Shown: piece by piece, positions 25,429 to 38,327 of the stretch
Numbering within the stretch: the first letter of the stretch is position 1
Layout of the letters: every line of letters begins with the position of its first letter
Source of the DNA: Vicugna vicugna
Taxonomy: Eukaryota
NCBI GenBank assembly: GCA_013265495.1
Contig: MU058221.1
Span: forward strand, 4,404,001-4,468,000
DNA length: 64,000 nucleotides
Reading direction: 5' to 3'
Program-made: the position numbers and the translations under genes
Notes under the pieces: generated by a model
Told to the model about the DNA's origin: nothing
The model's database searches: none
The model's input: only the letters and a program-made list of their open reading frames with translations

Positions 25429-27257
25429 CACACTTACACACAGAAGGACAGCCAGAGTCCTAGGAATTTACCTGGCAGACCGACAGGCGTGGGCATTTGG
25501 CAACCCAGCTCCCCGGCCTCCCGCAGGGTGACACCAGGGTGTCACCTACACTCCAGGGCTCCCCCAGGACCAGGCTGGAGCCACCCTCCCAGGAGGTTCC
25601 CTGAGGACAGGTCTGTGCCCGAGTCTCTGGAGTGTTTGTATACCAGCTCCCCAGAGTCATCAGGTGAGGGAGGCTGGGACAGGGTGTGGCAGAGTGGCCT
25701 TCCACGATCTTTAGAAAAGGCTGCGGACCGCGGGGAGCAGGAGCTGGCTGAGCTTGGCCGGCGTGCACGGACTGGTCAGGCCCACTGGCTGTGTGGGCAT
25801 CACAGTGGCTTTGATCACTGGCAGAGCTAAGATCAGAACTCCGGCTGCCTGACATGCCATTGGGGTCTCCCTCATTCTGCCATCTCATGCTCTCCTGACA
25901 TCGTGGATGAATGAACGCTCCTGGCCTCGTGAGGTTTCCACCCACACTGCTTCCTACCAGGGTCATTCTTTCCACACTTGGCCTCACCGTGAGGATGAGC
26001 CAAGAGATGGCATCTCTTGGCCAGACTGTTCTCTCCGGGGCTTCTGACACTCAGCCCAGAATGCCCAGGCTTGCAAGCCCAGTACAGAGTACCTGACGTG
26101 AGAAGTCACAGATCTGGGGGTCTGTTTCAGGATATCAGGGGCACACTTTGGCAGAAAGCAGGGTAGCGACCCAGGACGAGGGGCAAGTAAGAAGAAAGGC
26201 AAGTGCTTCGGTCCAAGTGGCAGGATCATCAGGGCAGGAGAGGAGACAGGGGACTCGGTACCTGGGTCAGGTACTAAATCTGCAAATAATGGGCATCCAT
26301 TGTGGTTCACAGACGCACATGTCTTTGGATTGGGCTCAAAAGCCCAGAGCAGGCCAGCCCGGAGGCGGGCACATATCCCCAGGCACGTTGGAGTGACCCA
26401 GTCTCCTGAGCGGGCAGGGAAGATGCAAACCCTGGACTCTGTCCAGCCAGGCCCCACAAAAGTGATGAGTGGATTCCCGAAGGCCTGCCTGGCTCTGACG
26501 GTCCAAAGACTGGGTAAGAAGGAGCAGGTTTTTCATGAAACGTACAAAGATTCTTCTCTGTGCTTTGGTGGTGGGTACAGGCCAAGAGGGAAAAAACTGA
26601 GAACAAAACCAAAATCTCAAAAGCACTGACTAAGGATAATTCTGGCCCCTCCCCACCGTTCTTGCTGCCCGCTCCTGAACCCCCAGGAGGAAACTAGACC
26701 AACTGGGAAATTACCTGCTCAAAGAACATTGACTCTATTAAAACCTCAGCCACTCTCTGCCATGGCAGAGCCACCCATGAGTGATTCTTCTGAATCCCAG
26801 GCTCAGAGGAATTGTCTCAAATCGCATCTGTTAGAATCTTGGCTCAGAGTTTAGCAGCAGAGTGCACAAGAGGTTCCAGATCACGCAGCCTCCAAATGAG
26901 CAAGCTCTTATTTCTGCTTGCAATGGCAGCTAGTTCCCAAGTCTGTCTCCGGGTGGCCTACTGTTGTGTTTGATGCACTTTCTCCAGAAGACTTGTTTTA
27001 AATGTAAATATGCTCCTTTGGAGGCACCTCCATATCCCATTAACACTCAAGCATGTTTTGGTTGGTGGGATTCGCAGAGAACAGAGCAGGTCTATGACTT
27101 TGCATGAACTGAATGGTCCTGGAAATTCTTGAGCTTGACACTCTTTCTGCCTGGGGAGTATCCGAGGCTGCTTCTTGCTCCTTCCCACCATCATGGAAGT
27201 GGGGCAGGGCTTGTGGTACTGTCCGTGGCAGAAGAGATGCCGTTCATCGATCATCGT

Positions 27258-28085
27258 TATGTTTGTAATATTCACACATGTCATTGTGTGTAACTGTCAT
27301 TCATTCCTTTTCAGTGCTGGGTAATATTCCATTATATGCATGTGCCACAATTTATTTATCTATTCCTCTATTGGTAGACACTTAGGTTGCTTCCAGTTTG
27401 GGACAGTTACAAATGTGGCGTATTGTTTATATATGTTTCCTGGTGCACTTGTGCACACATCCCTCTAGGTATAGCCTGCCCCCCAAAAGGATGCCTTGGG
27501 CCAAAATGTATGAAAATCTTTAACTGTAGTTTTCCACGACGTTTGCACCATTTTACACTCTCTCCGGCGTAGATGGGAATTTCCTCCGCTCCACATCTCA
27601 CTGTCAGTGTTGAATTGCAGCAGTTCTAGTGAGTTTGTAATGCTATTCGTTGACAGTTTCATTCTGCACTTCCTTGAGGACTAATGAAGGTAAGCACATT
27701 CTCACATGTTCATTGGCCATTTATCTTTCCTTTTTATGAAGAATGGGTTGAAATCCTTTGCTGATTTTTCTTTTGAACTGTTTGTCTTTTTCTTATTGAT
27801 TTAAAGGGCTCATTTATGGGTTCTGTTACTAACCTGTTGTAACGATGATTGTTCAAAATATCTTTGCCGCCCCAGAGTTGGTCTTTTCACTTTCTTGTTG
27901 ATGTGGTTTATTGAGTAGAAGGTCTCAGTTTTAATACTGTTCAATGTATCAGTCTTTTCCTTTAGAATTAGAGCTTTGGGGGTCTTATTTATGGAATCCT
28001 TCCCTACCACAAGAACGCAAAGAGATTGTTCTATATTCACTGGGAAAAGATTCAGAATTCCGCCTTTCATATTTAGATCTTTGGT
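27258..28085 (-). mobile_element. Old L1 (L1MB/ME-like) 3' region
   Basis: aatattccattatatgcatgtgccacaatttatttatctattc...ttaggttgcttccagtttggg...caccattttacactc...tgttcattggccattt. Confidence 0.85.
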
Positions 28086-28144
28086 CCCTCCGACATTAAA
28101 TTTGAAAATGTTTCAAACTTTCTTGTCCAATTACAATGAGGCCA

Positions 28145-28372
28145 TGGCATCGTGGTTTGAGCACTGACTGGGAGGCAGGCTGCCCTGTGTTTGAGTCTGT
28201 GTTTGGCTCAGTTACTCGCTAGCTGTGTGACTTTGAGGAGATGCTTAACTTCTCTGTGCCTCTGTTAAGCCAGCTGTAACAGTACCTACCTTACTGAGTT
28301 TTTAGGAGACTTAAATGAGTTAATCAATGTACACATGCAAAAATGAAGACGGCCTGGCATGCACTCAATGCT
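28145..28372 (+). mobile_element. MIR SINE
   Basis: gctagctgtgtgactttgaggagatgcttaacttctctgtgcctc...cagtacctacc...ttaaatgagttaat. Confidence 0.8.
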
Positions 28373-31300
28373 TTACAGAACTCAGGCATATCTTTGTTCT
28401 GCCCTTAAAGTTCCTCTTCCAACTCACTCAGACCCCATGATCAGCCCAACAGCCAAGGAACAAGACCCTGCGGGGCTCTGCAAGGTTGTGATAAATAATC
28501 TGCCGGGAGAGTTCTTCCCACTGCGTGATTTGAGCGACTCTCCCTGAGTTCTTTTTCCTGCGTGTGTCCGTATTTATGTGCTTCCCTTGCCACTCGCAGG
28601 TGCCTCAGCCTCCTACCAAGAGGATGGGCAGCCTAGCTCGGCAGACTTCAAGATCAGAGAGATGTGGACATTTCTCACGCTCCCTGCGAAGTTAAATAGC
28701 CCTGAAAGCGGTGGAAAAGAGAACGATTTCTCCACTTTGATCAACCGAGGATGCCCATTTGAATTTTGGAGGCTCACTCCTGCATGATCGGTCGGTGTTT
28801 TTTGGTTTTTTCTTTCCTGTCCCTGGGTGGCACCTTCAAGACACCAAAAGTGGCTTCAAGTCAGAAAAGAAGAGGAACTAATATTGTTGAAAGAGTTCTG
28901 AGTTAGTTATAAATGCTTTCTACATGTTACTCATTTAATCCTCCCAATCGGGGTGAGAGGAAGGTAAGTGATGTGCGTGCGGAAATGCAGGACGTGCTGG
29001 TGTTCAGAGCGAGGTCTTTCTGGCTTCAGAGTGAGGACTCTGCTTCACGCAGCCGCCTGCAGAGGCAGTGTCTGCTCCGATTACCAAGAAGAATCGGTCT
29101 CGCCCTATTGAATGCTCCACGCTTTTCTTTTCTTTCTTTTCTTTTTTAATTCTCCCACAACATCTGCCTCCCTGGTGACTTATTCCTGAGCCAGCTTTCG
29201 GCTATACTTTCAGCACAGGCTGCTCTCCCAGAAGGTGGTGGCCAAGATATCAATTTAATGCTGATTGGGGTCAAGTGGGGAGACACGGCTGAACGTGAGA
29301 GCCAGCAGGGCGCTACCTACACCCCGGGTAATGACGGACTTCCCCGGGCTGTCCCAGCCAACACTGTCCCTAAGCAGAAGTTCCTGCACTGCTGACAGAA
29401 GGGGTGAGCAGCGGAGAACGCCCTTTAGGGGAAGACTTACATTCAGGAAACACAAGCAGGTGGCAAAGGGCGGTGGTGCTCAGGCGGGGCTATACTCCTC
29501 TGGTTTACTGATAAGCGCTCTGCCTCCCAGGGCTGAAGTGACGATAGGAATGGAGAGAGACCCAGAGTTACAGCTGCCAAGCCCCCTTTCTAGGAAGGAA
29601 GGATGGGAGTGAGGACAAATGTCCCCATTAACACCCACTGCTGGAGATGTGTGTGGTTATCACCTTTCTATTTAAATAGAAGCCTTTTCTGTAGACAACA
29701 TTCTTTCATTTCCTCTTAAACTACAAGCAGTGTGGTTGCATTCGCCATGTAAATGGTCATTTCTGGATGCCTTTTACTTTTGTCATCAAACCCAACGCAC
29801 ACAGACTAATCCAACATACAGTGTGAATGATAGGGAGACAAATGACCAAGTCTTCACCGCCAGATGATCTGTGAGTTCTCCCGCTTCTATAATGAGCACT
29901 CCAGTAGACTGTTTTCCATGATTTGATTTAACTTAAAAGACAAATTTAGCACTTATGAGGTGGTAGGTACTATGTTAGGGACTAAAAATATGAAGATGAA
30001 TGAATCAGAATCTCTCCTCCCAGCAAACCCCTGGACTATCGTGGGGGTGGGGGGCAGACAGGAGGACCAGCAACAAAACGTAGAAGAGCTTTAGCAGAGG
30101 GATGCATAGAACGCCACGCAACAGGGGTGAGGGAGGGGTTGTTCTGCCGGGGGGGAACCAGGCAAAGCCAGAGAGAGGCAGTAGCATTGCTACCAAAAAA
30201 AGAAAGCAAATGAATAAATGAGTGGGCTCCCATTTCTGTGGTCCAGAGATGAGCTTTCCAGGCTCCTTCTCTATGTCTGCTCTCCCCTCTTTGTGAGGAG
30301 TCCTGGACCAGTAGGTCCGGATTCCACACACCCTCCCCCTCCCCATCCAGATCTAGAGTCCAGGGAGCCCACGAACCCCAAGCTGAAGGGAAAGGGCACA
30401 ATGAGAGTGAAACTAGCATTTAAGAACCTTAGGCAGGGAGGGCTGGATGATAACAGCACGTCACATTTTCTGATCACTTACTACGTGCACAGCGTTGGGG
30501 GGTCTTAAAAACCGAGACTCAGTCCCTCCTTGTGGCAATGAATAATCAATGAAATAGTCATTAATTAAACTAACGTTCATTGACTACCCGCCATGCACCA
30601 GAGCTGGATACAGTCATAAGACAGATGCCGTCCGTGCTCTGACTTTATCCTCTCGTGGATTTTATCCATAAAGAGCTAAAGTGATTTGTCCAAAGGCAGC
30701 AAGCTAGAGAGCGTCGAGCGGGGATTTGGGCTTTGCTCTTTCTGACTCCAAGTCCTACATTCTCAACACTATAGTGAAATCAAGCGCAAACCAAATGAAA
30801 TCATACATGTGCTCTCGGGAGGGAGCGAACGGGCAGAACAGAACGCGCCTTGCCCTTACACCCCAGGCCCTGGCAGCTCGGGGCTGTGATTGGATGGCTG
30901 GGGTTTACTGAGCTTCCCAGGTGACTCTGATGTGCGGTCAAGGCACAGGTGTTGCAGGGAGCTGCTCTGAGATTCCTCGGAGGAAGAACAGGAGGGGCCT
31001 CGGCTCCCAGACCCCCTTCCTCCAGCTTGAACCTGAGCATCCCGACTTTTGTCTTGTTCACATGTTGAGCCTCTGTCGTGGACGAAAGAGCCCTGTTGCT
31101 AATAAAACACACAGGTCTGACCAACTGTCTTAAGGTTCTAAGACTATAAGGTTTTTGTTTGCATCAAGGAAACTTTTTCTTAGCATCATTTTGGGTGCTC
31201 CCTACAGGTACCTCGGTGACTAGAATTCTTATATGCTATTGCTGAAAAGAAAAACATTGCTTGAATTATTAGAAAAGTGTCATAACTTAAAAGTGTCAAT

Positions 31301-33059
31301 GAATGAACCTAGACTTTAGACTAACCTTCACATATCCATTAAGTGCATACTTGTTGATTATCTGCTACGTTCTAAATGCTGAAGATACATTTTGAAGTTG
31401 AGAGATAAGGTCTGACTTTCAGGACGCTGATATTCTAACAGGGGAGATAAACAAGAGACGGACGTTAAATGAGATCGTGTTTGGTCATGCACATCTTTCA
31501 GTCCTGGGTCCTACCTGCCTGGAGTCCTGTAGAGGGGGCTCAGGATTCCTGCTCACTCCTCCCGGACCCCAAGGAGCCGCGTCCCCTGCTAGCGGGGACT
31601 GCGGTGGGGGGATCAGTGGCTCGGTTCACAGGGATCAGCCAGCATGCGCAGCTGCTGCTGCCGTGGCCTCTGTCCTCAAAGGCTCACCTAAGATCTGACG
31701 GAGTCTGGGAACCAGCCTGTCTGTGAGGCAGGCCAGGCATTGGTTTCTCAGCATTAGAGGGAGGGTCCTTTGATAATGAGGAGTCTGCCCTTAAGATATC
31801 TTCACCTCCCCGAGGCTGCGTGGCTTTTAAACAGCTCTGAAGGGTCCGGAAGCCCATTTCCAATAGATCTGGTTGCTTGGGTCCTGCAACAACAGACATC
31901 CAGCCCATCGGATGGCTGGAATTCAGCCTGAAGAGGGGATTCGCATACCTGTCTGGACAAACATTCACCAACAATTAGAGCTTAATTGGTGTAGTGATCT
32001 ATCTTACAGCCCTATTTCAAGGCTAGAGAGAGAGAGAGGTGTGACTGCATCCATCACCGAACTAGTGGAAATATAAGAAAAACGTGTAATCAGCGTAGCA
32101 GCTGCTGGCATGTAAACGAGGATGTTGAAGGGAGCTCAGACTCCATGGAAACAATCAGTTCTCCTAAACATTGTCTTGTCCTTAACATCCTTCTGTAGCC
32201 TCAGCAAAAAGGGCTCCTATCTCCTATGGGTATGATCACAAATCTCAAATGAATAAAGTCAGAATAAATGAGATTTTTTTTTTCTTTAAACGGCTATAGG
32301 GAGACTTCAAACAGCTCGGCCGTAGTCAAACCGTCCCCACCAGGAATTTCAGATTCATAACTTTCACTGCACTGGGTTCATCTCCCGGATTAAAAGACTT
32401 GTTTATAAAACAGCATTTATTATTTTCTTCTCATACTGAAAAAGTTACATATATTTCAAAGTTAAAAAAAAAATTTAAAGGCACAAGGAAACAAGTTAAA
32501 ATCACCCAGAAATTTTTAGCTAGAAACACAGATATGAACAGTTTGGAGTCTTCTCTCCTCTGGTCCTACATATTACATAATATTTTTAAATGAATAACAA
32601 TTCTGCTAAGAACCTGGACTACAGCCCATCCATCAGGGCAGAGTTCTGTAATTAGTGGTGGGGTGAAGATGGAAGATGCTCTCCGGATACTGAATTGGCA
32701 AGATCAGAAATGAATGGCACCGTAAAGATCTCCTGTCTTTCATTAATGCTTAAAGCTGAGACTTTATTTCTAAGGAGATTCTAAATTCCAGTCTGGTCTC
32801 ACCCGGCTGCCTTTGATAGAGGTAGCCTGTTTGCCATGTTAATGAAGAGAAAAGTTCCAAGTTCCGCAAAGACATTTTTTTCTCCCACAGCTGAAGGGGA
32901 CAAAGAGACGTTGGCGGGTCAGGAGCAGAACTGGGGCAAACCCTAAAATAATTTCTTTGCCTTTGGGGCCAGCTGGCCTAAAGTCAGGAGTGAGGCCATT
33001 CCAGCTCGGGTCAGAGCAGTGACCGCACGGTGAGCGGTGATGCCCAGAGGCAAAGCTGC

Positions 33060-33250
33060 TGCTCAGCGTTTATGCAGCCTGGACCACATCAGAATCCCTC
33101 CGAGGGCTTTAAACAACTAGACTGCTGGGCCCCATCCCAGGGTTTCTGATTCGTTGGACCTGGGGTGGGGCCCTGAGAATTTGCATTTCTAACAAGTCAC
33201 CAGGTGACGCCAACACCAGGGGTCCCAGGACCACCCTTCGAGAACCGCCG
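33060..33250 (-). mobile_element. MER5A MITE
   Basis: catcagaatc...ctgctgggccccatcccagggtttctgattc...ggggtggggccctgagaatttgcatttctaacaag...ttcgagaacc. Confidence 0.88.
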
Positions 33251-33282
33251 GTCACCCTGACACTTGCACTGTTGAACACGGG

Positions 33283-33500
33283 TTCAGAGCTCAGACTTGC
33301 AAGTCAGACAGACCTGGTTTTTATTCCCGGCTCCTTCACCTGTAACTGTGTGAACCTGGGTGAGTAATCTAATTAAACTGAGCCTCTGTTTCCTCACACA
33401 CATAGAATAAGGATAATAAGGTTGTTCCAAGAAACAGATCACATAATGTGCGTTCAGTGGTGCGCACACCGCCCAGCTCACAGTAAACCTTCAGTATGTG
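33283..33500 (+). mobile_element. MIR SINE
   Basis: tcagacagacctggtt...tcccggctc...taactgtgtgaacctggg...tgagcctctgtttcctca. Confidence 0.75.
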
Positions 33501-33701
33501 ATTACAGTCTTTCTATTCAAGTTGCACCTCAACACCCTCCCGGCTTCTTTTCTGCATCTGTTAGCGCTGATCCCCATTCCTCTAAAATGCTGACTCACTC
33601 GCTTCCCTTTCCAACCTGCCCCCGCGGTGAGGAAACCATCTCCCTGCCCCCACAGGGCCTCGCGACTCCGTGAGCAGACACCTCCCCCAGGCTAGTTCTC
33701 T

Positions 33702-33716
33702 GCTGCCACCTTGTGG
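33702..33716 (-). promoter_or_regulatory. CTCF core motif
   Basis: Minus strand reads CCACAAGGTGGCAGC, 14/15 to the CCASYAGRKGGCRSY consensus. Confidence 0.55.
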
Positions 33717-34767
33717 CCTGCACTCACCTAACACCGTGCGCTTTAATTTGTCAAGGTGGCGCTCCTGGGGCTGCAACCCCAAAACAGAGCGTAAGCAGAG
33801 GAGCCCGAGGCTGCCAGTGGGTAGGAGGCCTGTGGGGAGGGGGCCCCAGCCAGATTAATCTGAAGGGCAATCCAAATCCCGAGGATTACAGAATGACACA
33901 GATGCTCAGATCAGGACCAGGAGACCAGGAGAGCTGCCTGGCAGCTGATCCCCAGCAGGAGTCTCCAAGCGTCTGCTGACCTCACACCTGGCCTGGCCAG
34001 CAGCCTTCAGAGCAGGACCTCAGGACACCTGCCTGAGGTCATTTCTGAGGACTCCTGGGACCTCTGGGTTTATCTCTGGCTTCCTCTTGCTGCTGCTGCC
34101 AAAGACGTGTCAGGGACATGGCTATTTCAGGGACCCATTTCTGATGGACCGCTCACTATACTAGGTCTCTGGGACAAACCCAGTGCTTCAGCAGGAAAAG
34201 GAGCAGGACCCAGGGCAGCGGAATGGATCCCTAAGATGCTCTTGCCATCTTGTGTTTTGTTCCCACTGCAAGTGATTCCCTGAAGTGTCACATCTCCATG
34301 GGGTGGGGGGAGTGGAGGGCAAATGTAAATTGCTTTATTTTTTCGAATACTTTATCCCTCCCCATGGGAAAGCAGAGCTCTTAAGGACAGTTTGAACAGA
34401 CCCATGACACTGGGGACACATCTGATTATTAGAACTTGCTTGGTCCTGTTTTAAACCTTTCTCATTTTCTCATATTCCATCTTTCCACTAAGTACGGAGG
34501 TTCTGACTTCTGAGCAGAGGAAATAGAGGAGGACCTAGTCTCACTCCTGCTTCCTCTTTCCCCTCTGCTCTGCAGGGTGTGGGAGGAGGGTGAAATCAGG
34601 GTCTACTGTCCCTCTGTTCGACTGCCATCCTCAGAGCCTTCTCGCCGTTGGTCATAGCTGCTGTTCTGGAAAGCACAAACTGGTCCTGTGTGGCAGGAAG
34701 CCAAGTGCCGGCTCTCCCATAGGGACCCCACACAGGGGCTCCTCAGAGCGGGCCGTCAGGATCCCCT

Positions 34768-35277
34768 TGATGCAGGAAAAATGAGGCATGAGAGGATGGC
34801 CATGTCCCAGGTCTAGGGGAGCCCCTGGGACGCACCCTGCCACGTGAGGGTCCTTGGCATCGGGCAGGAAAGAACTCGAGAGCGAGCCGTAGTTGAGTAA
34901 AGGCAGATTTACTCAGAGAGGTGTTCACTCCGTAGACGGAGCTCAGGCCGCCTCTGAAGGCCGGAGAGAGTGGCCAGGAGGTAGTTTTTATGGGCTCGGT
35001 AACTTCATATGCTAGCAAGTGGGGAGATCATCCCAACCACATGGGGGAAGGGGCTGGGATGCCCAGGAGTTGGGCCACCACCCACTTTCTTTCCTTTTAT
35101 GGTCAGCCTCAGAGCCGTCATGGCACCAGTGGGAGAGCCATCTGGCATGCTACTGTGCTACAGTGAGCGTGTAATGAGGCGCAAGGTCTACTGGGAGTTG
35201 AGTCTTCCGCCATCTTGGTGCTAATTGCTCAGTCATTCTTTGAATGGCTGTGCCCTGCCCCCTGCCCTCCTGTCTCA
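34768..35277 (-). mobile_element. ERV1-class solo LTR
   Basis: TG at 34768 and CA at 35276-35277, with exact 4-bp TSD CCCT (34764-34767 / 35278-35281). Minus strand starts TGAGACAGGAGG. Confidence 0.85.
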
Positions 35278-35899
35278 CCCTGAGCACAGTTCCCCATGGG
35301 AGACAGGGCTCCAGCTCCACACTGCCCAGCCCCCGGGGACTCAGCACCAGAGTGGACCCAGCGATATTTTCTGCTGGGTTCTTCTGGCAGCCCCGGTTGG
35401 TGATGTAAGCGATACCTTCTGTGGGTTTCCTTTACCCACAACAAACTCACATCTTTGCCCCCCAGACAACACGAATGCAGGCTGTTTTCGTGACTACCCT
35501 CATACCCCCCGCACACACGACCAGGACACATCAGCAAGGAGCATCCTTCTGAGACATGAAACACCATCTGTTCCTTCTTGCAGGCATCCAAAATCTTCAC
35601 GGGTGATGCAGAAAAGCCCACCACTGTCTTCTCGGTTGGAGGCAAAGGAGGCACACTGTCTCCTCTCCCCAACAAGGAGGGCAGAGAAGCGCCTCTCCTT
35701 GGGGGCCTTCTGCCCTGAGGCTCCCAGCACTGACTACTCTTCCCCCCTGTGTTCTCCCCCCACCACCCCAGAGCAACGACCTCCCACCACACTGGGGAGG
35801 GAGGAACGTCGTCCATACAGCGGCCACCTCTCAGGAAGGCCAGGCTGGGAGAGGGGTGAGTTTTTGGCTTCTCTCTTTAGAATGTGGGTTACTTGGGTC

Positions 35900-36305
35900 G
35901 TATGATCACTTAGATGTAGAATTCTTTTAAAAAGATACAAATTTTGGGGGGAGAGTACAGCTCAGTGGCAAAAAGATACAAATTTTACTTACAGACTAGA
36001 AATAGATTCACAGACATAGAAAACAAACAATGGTTACCAAAGGGGAAAGGGTGGGAAGGGATGTATTAGGAGTTTGGGATTAACAGATACGCACCGCTGT
36101 ATGTAAAATAGATAAACAACAAGGACCTACTGGGAACTATATTTAATTTCTTTTAATAAGCTATAATGGAAGAGAATCTGAAAGCACATGTATATATGTG
36201 TATGTATGTGTATAACTGAATCGCTTTGCTGATTCTAAACAACTGAAATGAACATTGTAAATCAACTACACTTTAATTAATTAATTAATTAATTTAAAAA
36301 GAAGA
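35900..36305 (+). mobile_element. Cetartiodactyl L1 3' UTR
   Basis: cacagacatagaaaacaaac...ggttaccaaaggggaaagg...aaaatagataaacaacaaggacctactg...attgtaaatcaactac, then a (TTAA)n/A tail. Confidence 0.92.
35946..35969 (+). mobile_element. Tailless 24-bp SINE/tRNA-Ala 5' fragment inserted in L1
   Basis: ggggggagagtacagctcagtggc between two identical 17-mers aaaaagatacaaatttt (35929-35945, 35970-35986). Confidence 0.85.
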
Positions 36306-37850
36306 AAAAACTGTTGATATTATTTACAACTATCCCAGTCTAGACTGAATACTCATCCTCTGGTTCTTCCTATACATATAAACACGGGGGCAGGGGGGTG
36401 TGGGTTATTTGGTACCTTTTCACCCTCATTTTGGGGCCTCTAGGTACCAATTCTGGGCAATTTTGGCAAGTCTCACTCAGCATCTGGCTCTAGACAGTCA
36501 GGTCCAGTGCTCACGCAAGCTCCTGACAGGAGTAAAAGGCAAAGCATTGATCCTTCTCCAGTGGCTGCAGCTTGGATGGGGCTGGTTTAAGACTGGCTTC
36601 AGCTCATCATTGCTCCATCTCTATGTCAGAGTGCATGAGGGGTTGTGTTTCCATGGGCACCACCCCCAGCTCCTGGAGCAGAAGAAAGAAACACAAGGGA
36701 GAGATGAGACCAGGGAGCGGGCAGGACTGAGCAGCAGCAGGAACGCAGGGCCCACGTGGGCCAGCCTGGGTTCTGGAGGGATTTACCCACAATGACCTTC
36801 CCCTTAGGACCTGAGCCCAGAGAAGCTCACTCCTTTAAACTAAGGCATTTAACAATGCTACCTTTCATTTTTCAAAGCATGCTAGTTTGACAAAGACCTT
36901 TTTACTCATTCATTCATTCATTCATTCCCACGGCTTTTGAATCTTGCAACAGTCCTCTGGTGGGCAGGGCAAGCAGTACATACTCACTGATGAGAAAACA
37001 GAGGTCCTGGGACAGGAGATGACTTGCTCCACACAACAGCACTGGCCCCCTTTGTAAGCAAAGCATTGGTACCCAACCCGACAAACTTGAACAGGTCTAG
37101 TTACTGAACCAGCTTTGAGCGCTTATGACCAAGGCCTTGAGGAAATGGGGGTGAGGGAGGGTGGCACGTATAAGTTTGGGTGAAAAGAGGAAAGTTCCAG
37201 AAGGAGAGTCATGGTCAGGAGGAAGGCGCACCATTCGGCAGCAGTGGGCAGTCAGAGTCCTGGGTGCCTCGGCAGAGGCTGGGAGGACGCTTTGTGGATT
37301 AGCCATCCACCAACGGAAGACAAACTCACTCCGTATTATTTTCCCCCTTAGACAGATCCAGATGTGCCCAGATGCACGATGGGAAAGTCCCTTCTCAACG
37401 CCAAAACTTTCTGAGGGGGAAAAAAAAACTCCTGAACTAGTTGTAACCGTTTTTGTGTTGCTCTAATTTGTCTTAGCTGCCGAGAAACTTTCTTTTGTGA
37501 ACTCAGGGGCTTCAAAGGAGGCTTTGTTTTCGCGCATGGTATTGATTTGGATTCTCCGGAGGGTCTCCTGACATCTCTCCACACCTTCCCTGATTAATCC
37601 AGCAAGTCCAACAGGCCCTCCTTCGCTGACTGGGAGAGGGAGGTGCAGAGAAATTCAGAGCCTCCTCTGAGGTAAAAAAAAAAAAAAAGATCTCTCCACG
37701 GGGGAGCATGAGTTGAATAGCAAACCGACACCCAGGGCTGGGCGAGCGCCTCCGCCCATCCCAGCTTCCGAGAGCTCGGAGAAAGCACTGAGGTCTGTCT
37801 GATGAAGGGGCCGTGGGATTTCCGCATTCTCTGCTTCCTAACTGATCTCT

Positions 37851-38327
37851 TGTGATCAAAGGCAAGTCGGGGTGCCCACCGCACCACGAGGCCAAACTGA
37901 AACATTGAAGTTTGGAGTAGAGAAAGGTTTACTGCAGGGCTGAGCAAGGAGGACAGGATGGCTTATGCCTAAGAAAACCCCAAGCTCCCCAATGGGGTTC
38001 AGCAAAACATATTTAAAGGCCAGGTGAGGGAGGGGGCATAACAGGGTACATGATCAGCTTGTGCACAATCCTGTTTGGTTGATGTTGGAGGTAACAGGGA
38101 GGTCAACACCATCCACCCCCAGGCGCCAGAAGATCTGGGGGCTTTGTGCCCTAGATCATCACGTAGCTAATTTCTTCCCTTTGGTGGTGGCTTTAAGCAT
38201 CTGAAAAACTCAGGAAATATGCATGAGATACTATTATCTGGGTGCTTCAGAGAGGAGCTGCCGCAGAGGACACGGGGAGGGGTCTGACCCTGGAAGGCCC
38301 CCCCCCCCAGAGCCCTGCTCAGTTACA
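37851..38327 (-). mobile_element. ERV1-class solo LTR
   Basis: TG at 37851 and CA at 38326-38327, with exact 4-bp TSD CTCT. Minus strand starts TGTAACTGAGCAGG and carries TATA-like tttaaata and AGTAAA signals in order. Confidence 0.88.

Noticed and set aside
35225..35905. 226-aa ORF (and overlapping 195-aa antisense ORF)
   Set aside because: It starts inside a solo LTR, is Pro/Ser-rich, has no recognisable domain and is open on both strands, as expected in GC-rich sequence.
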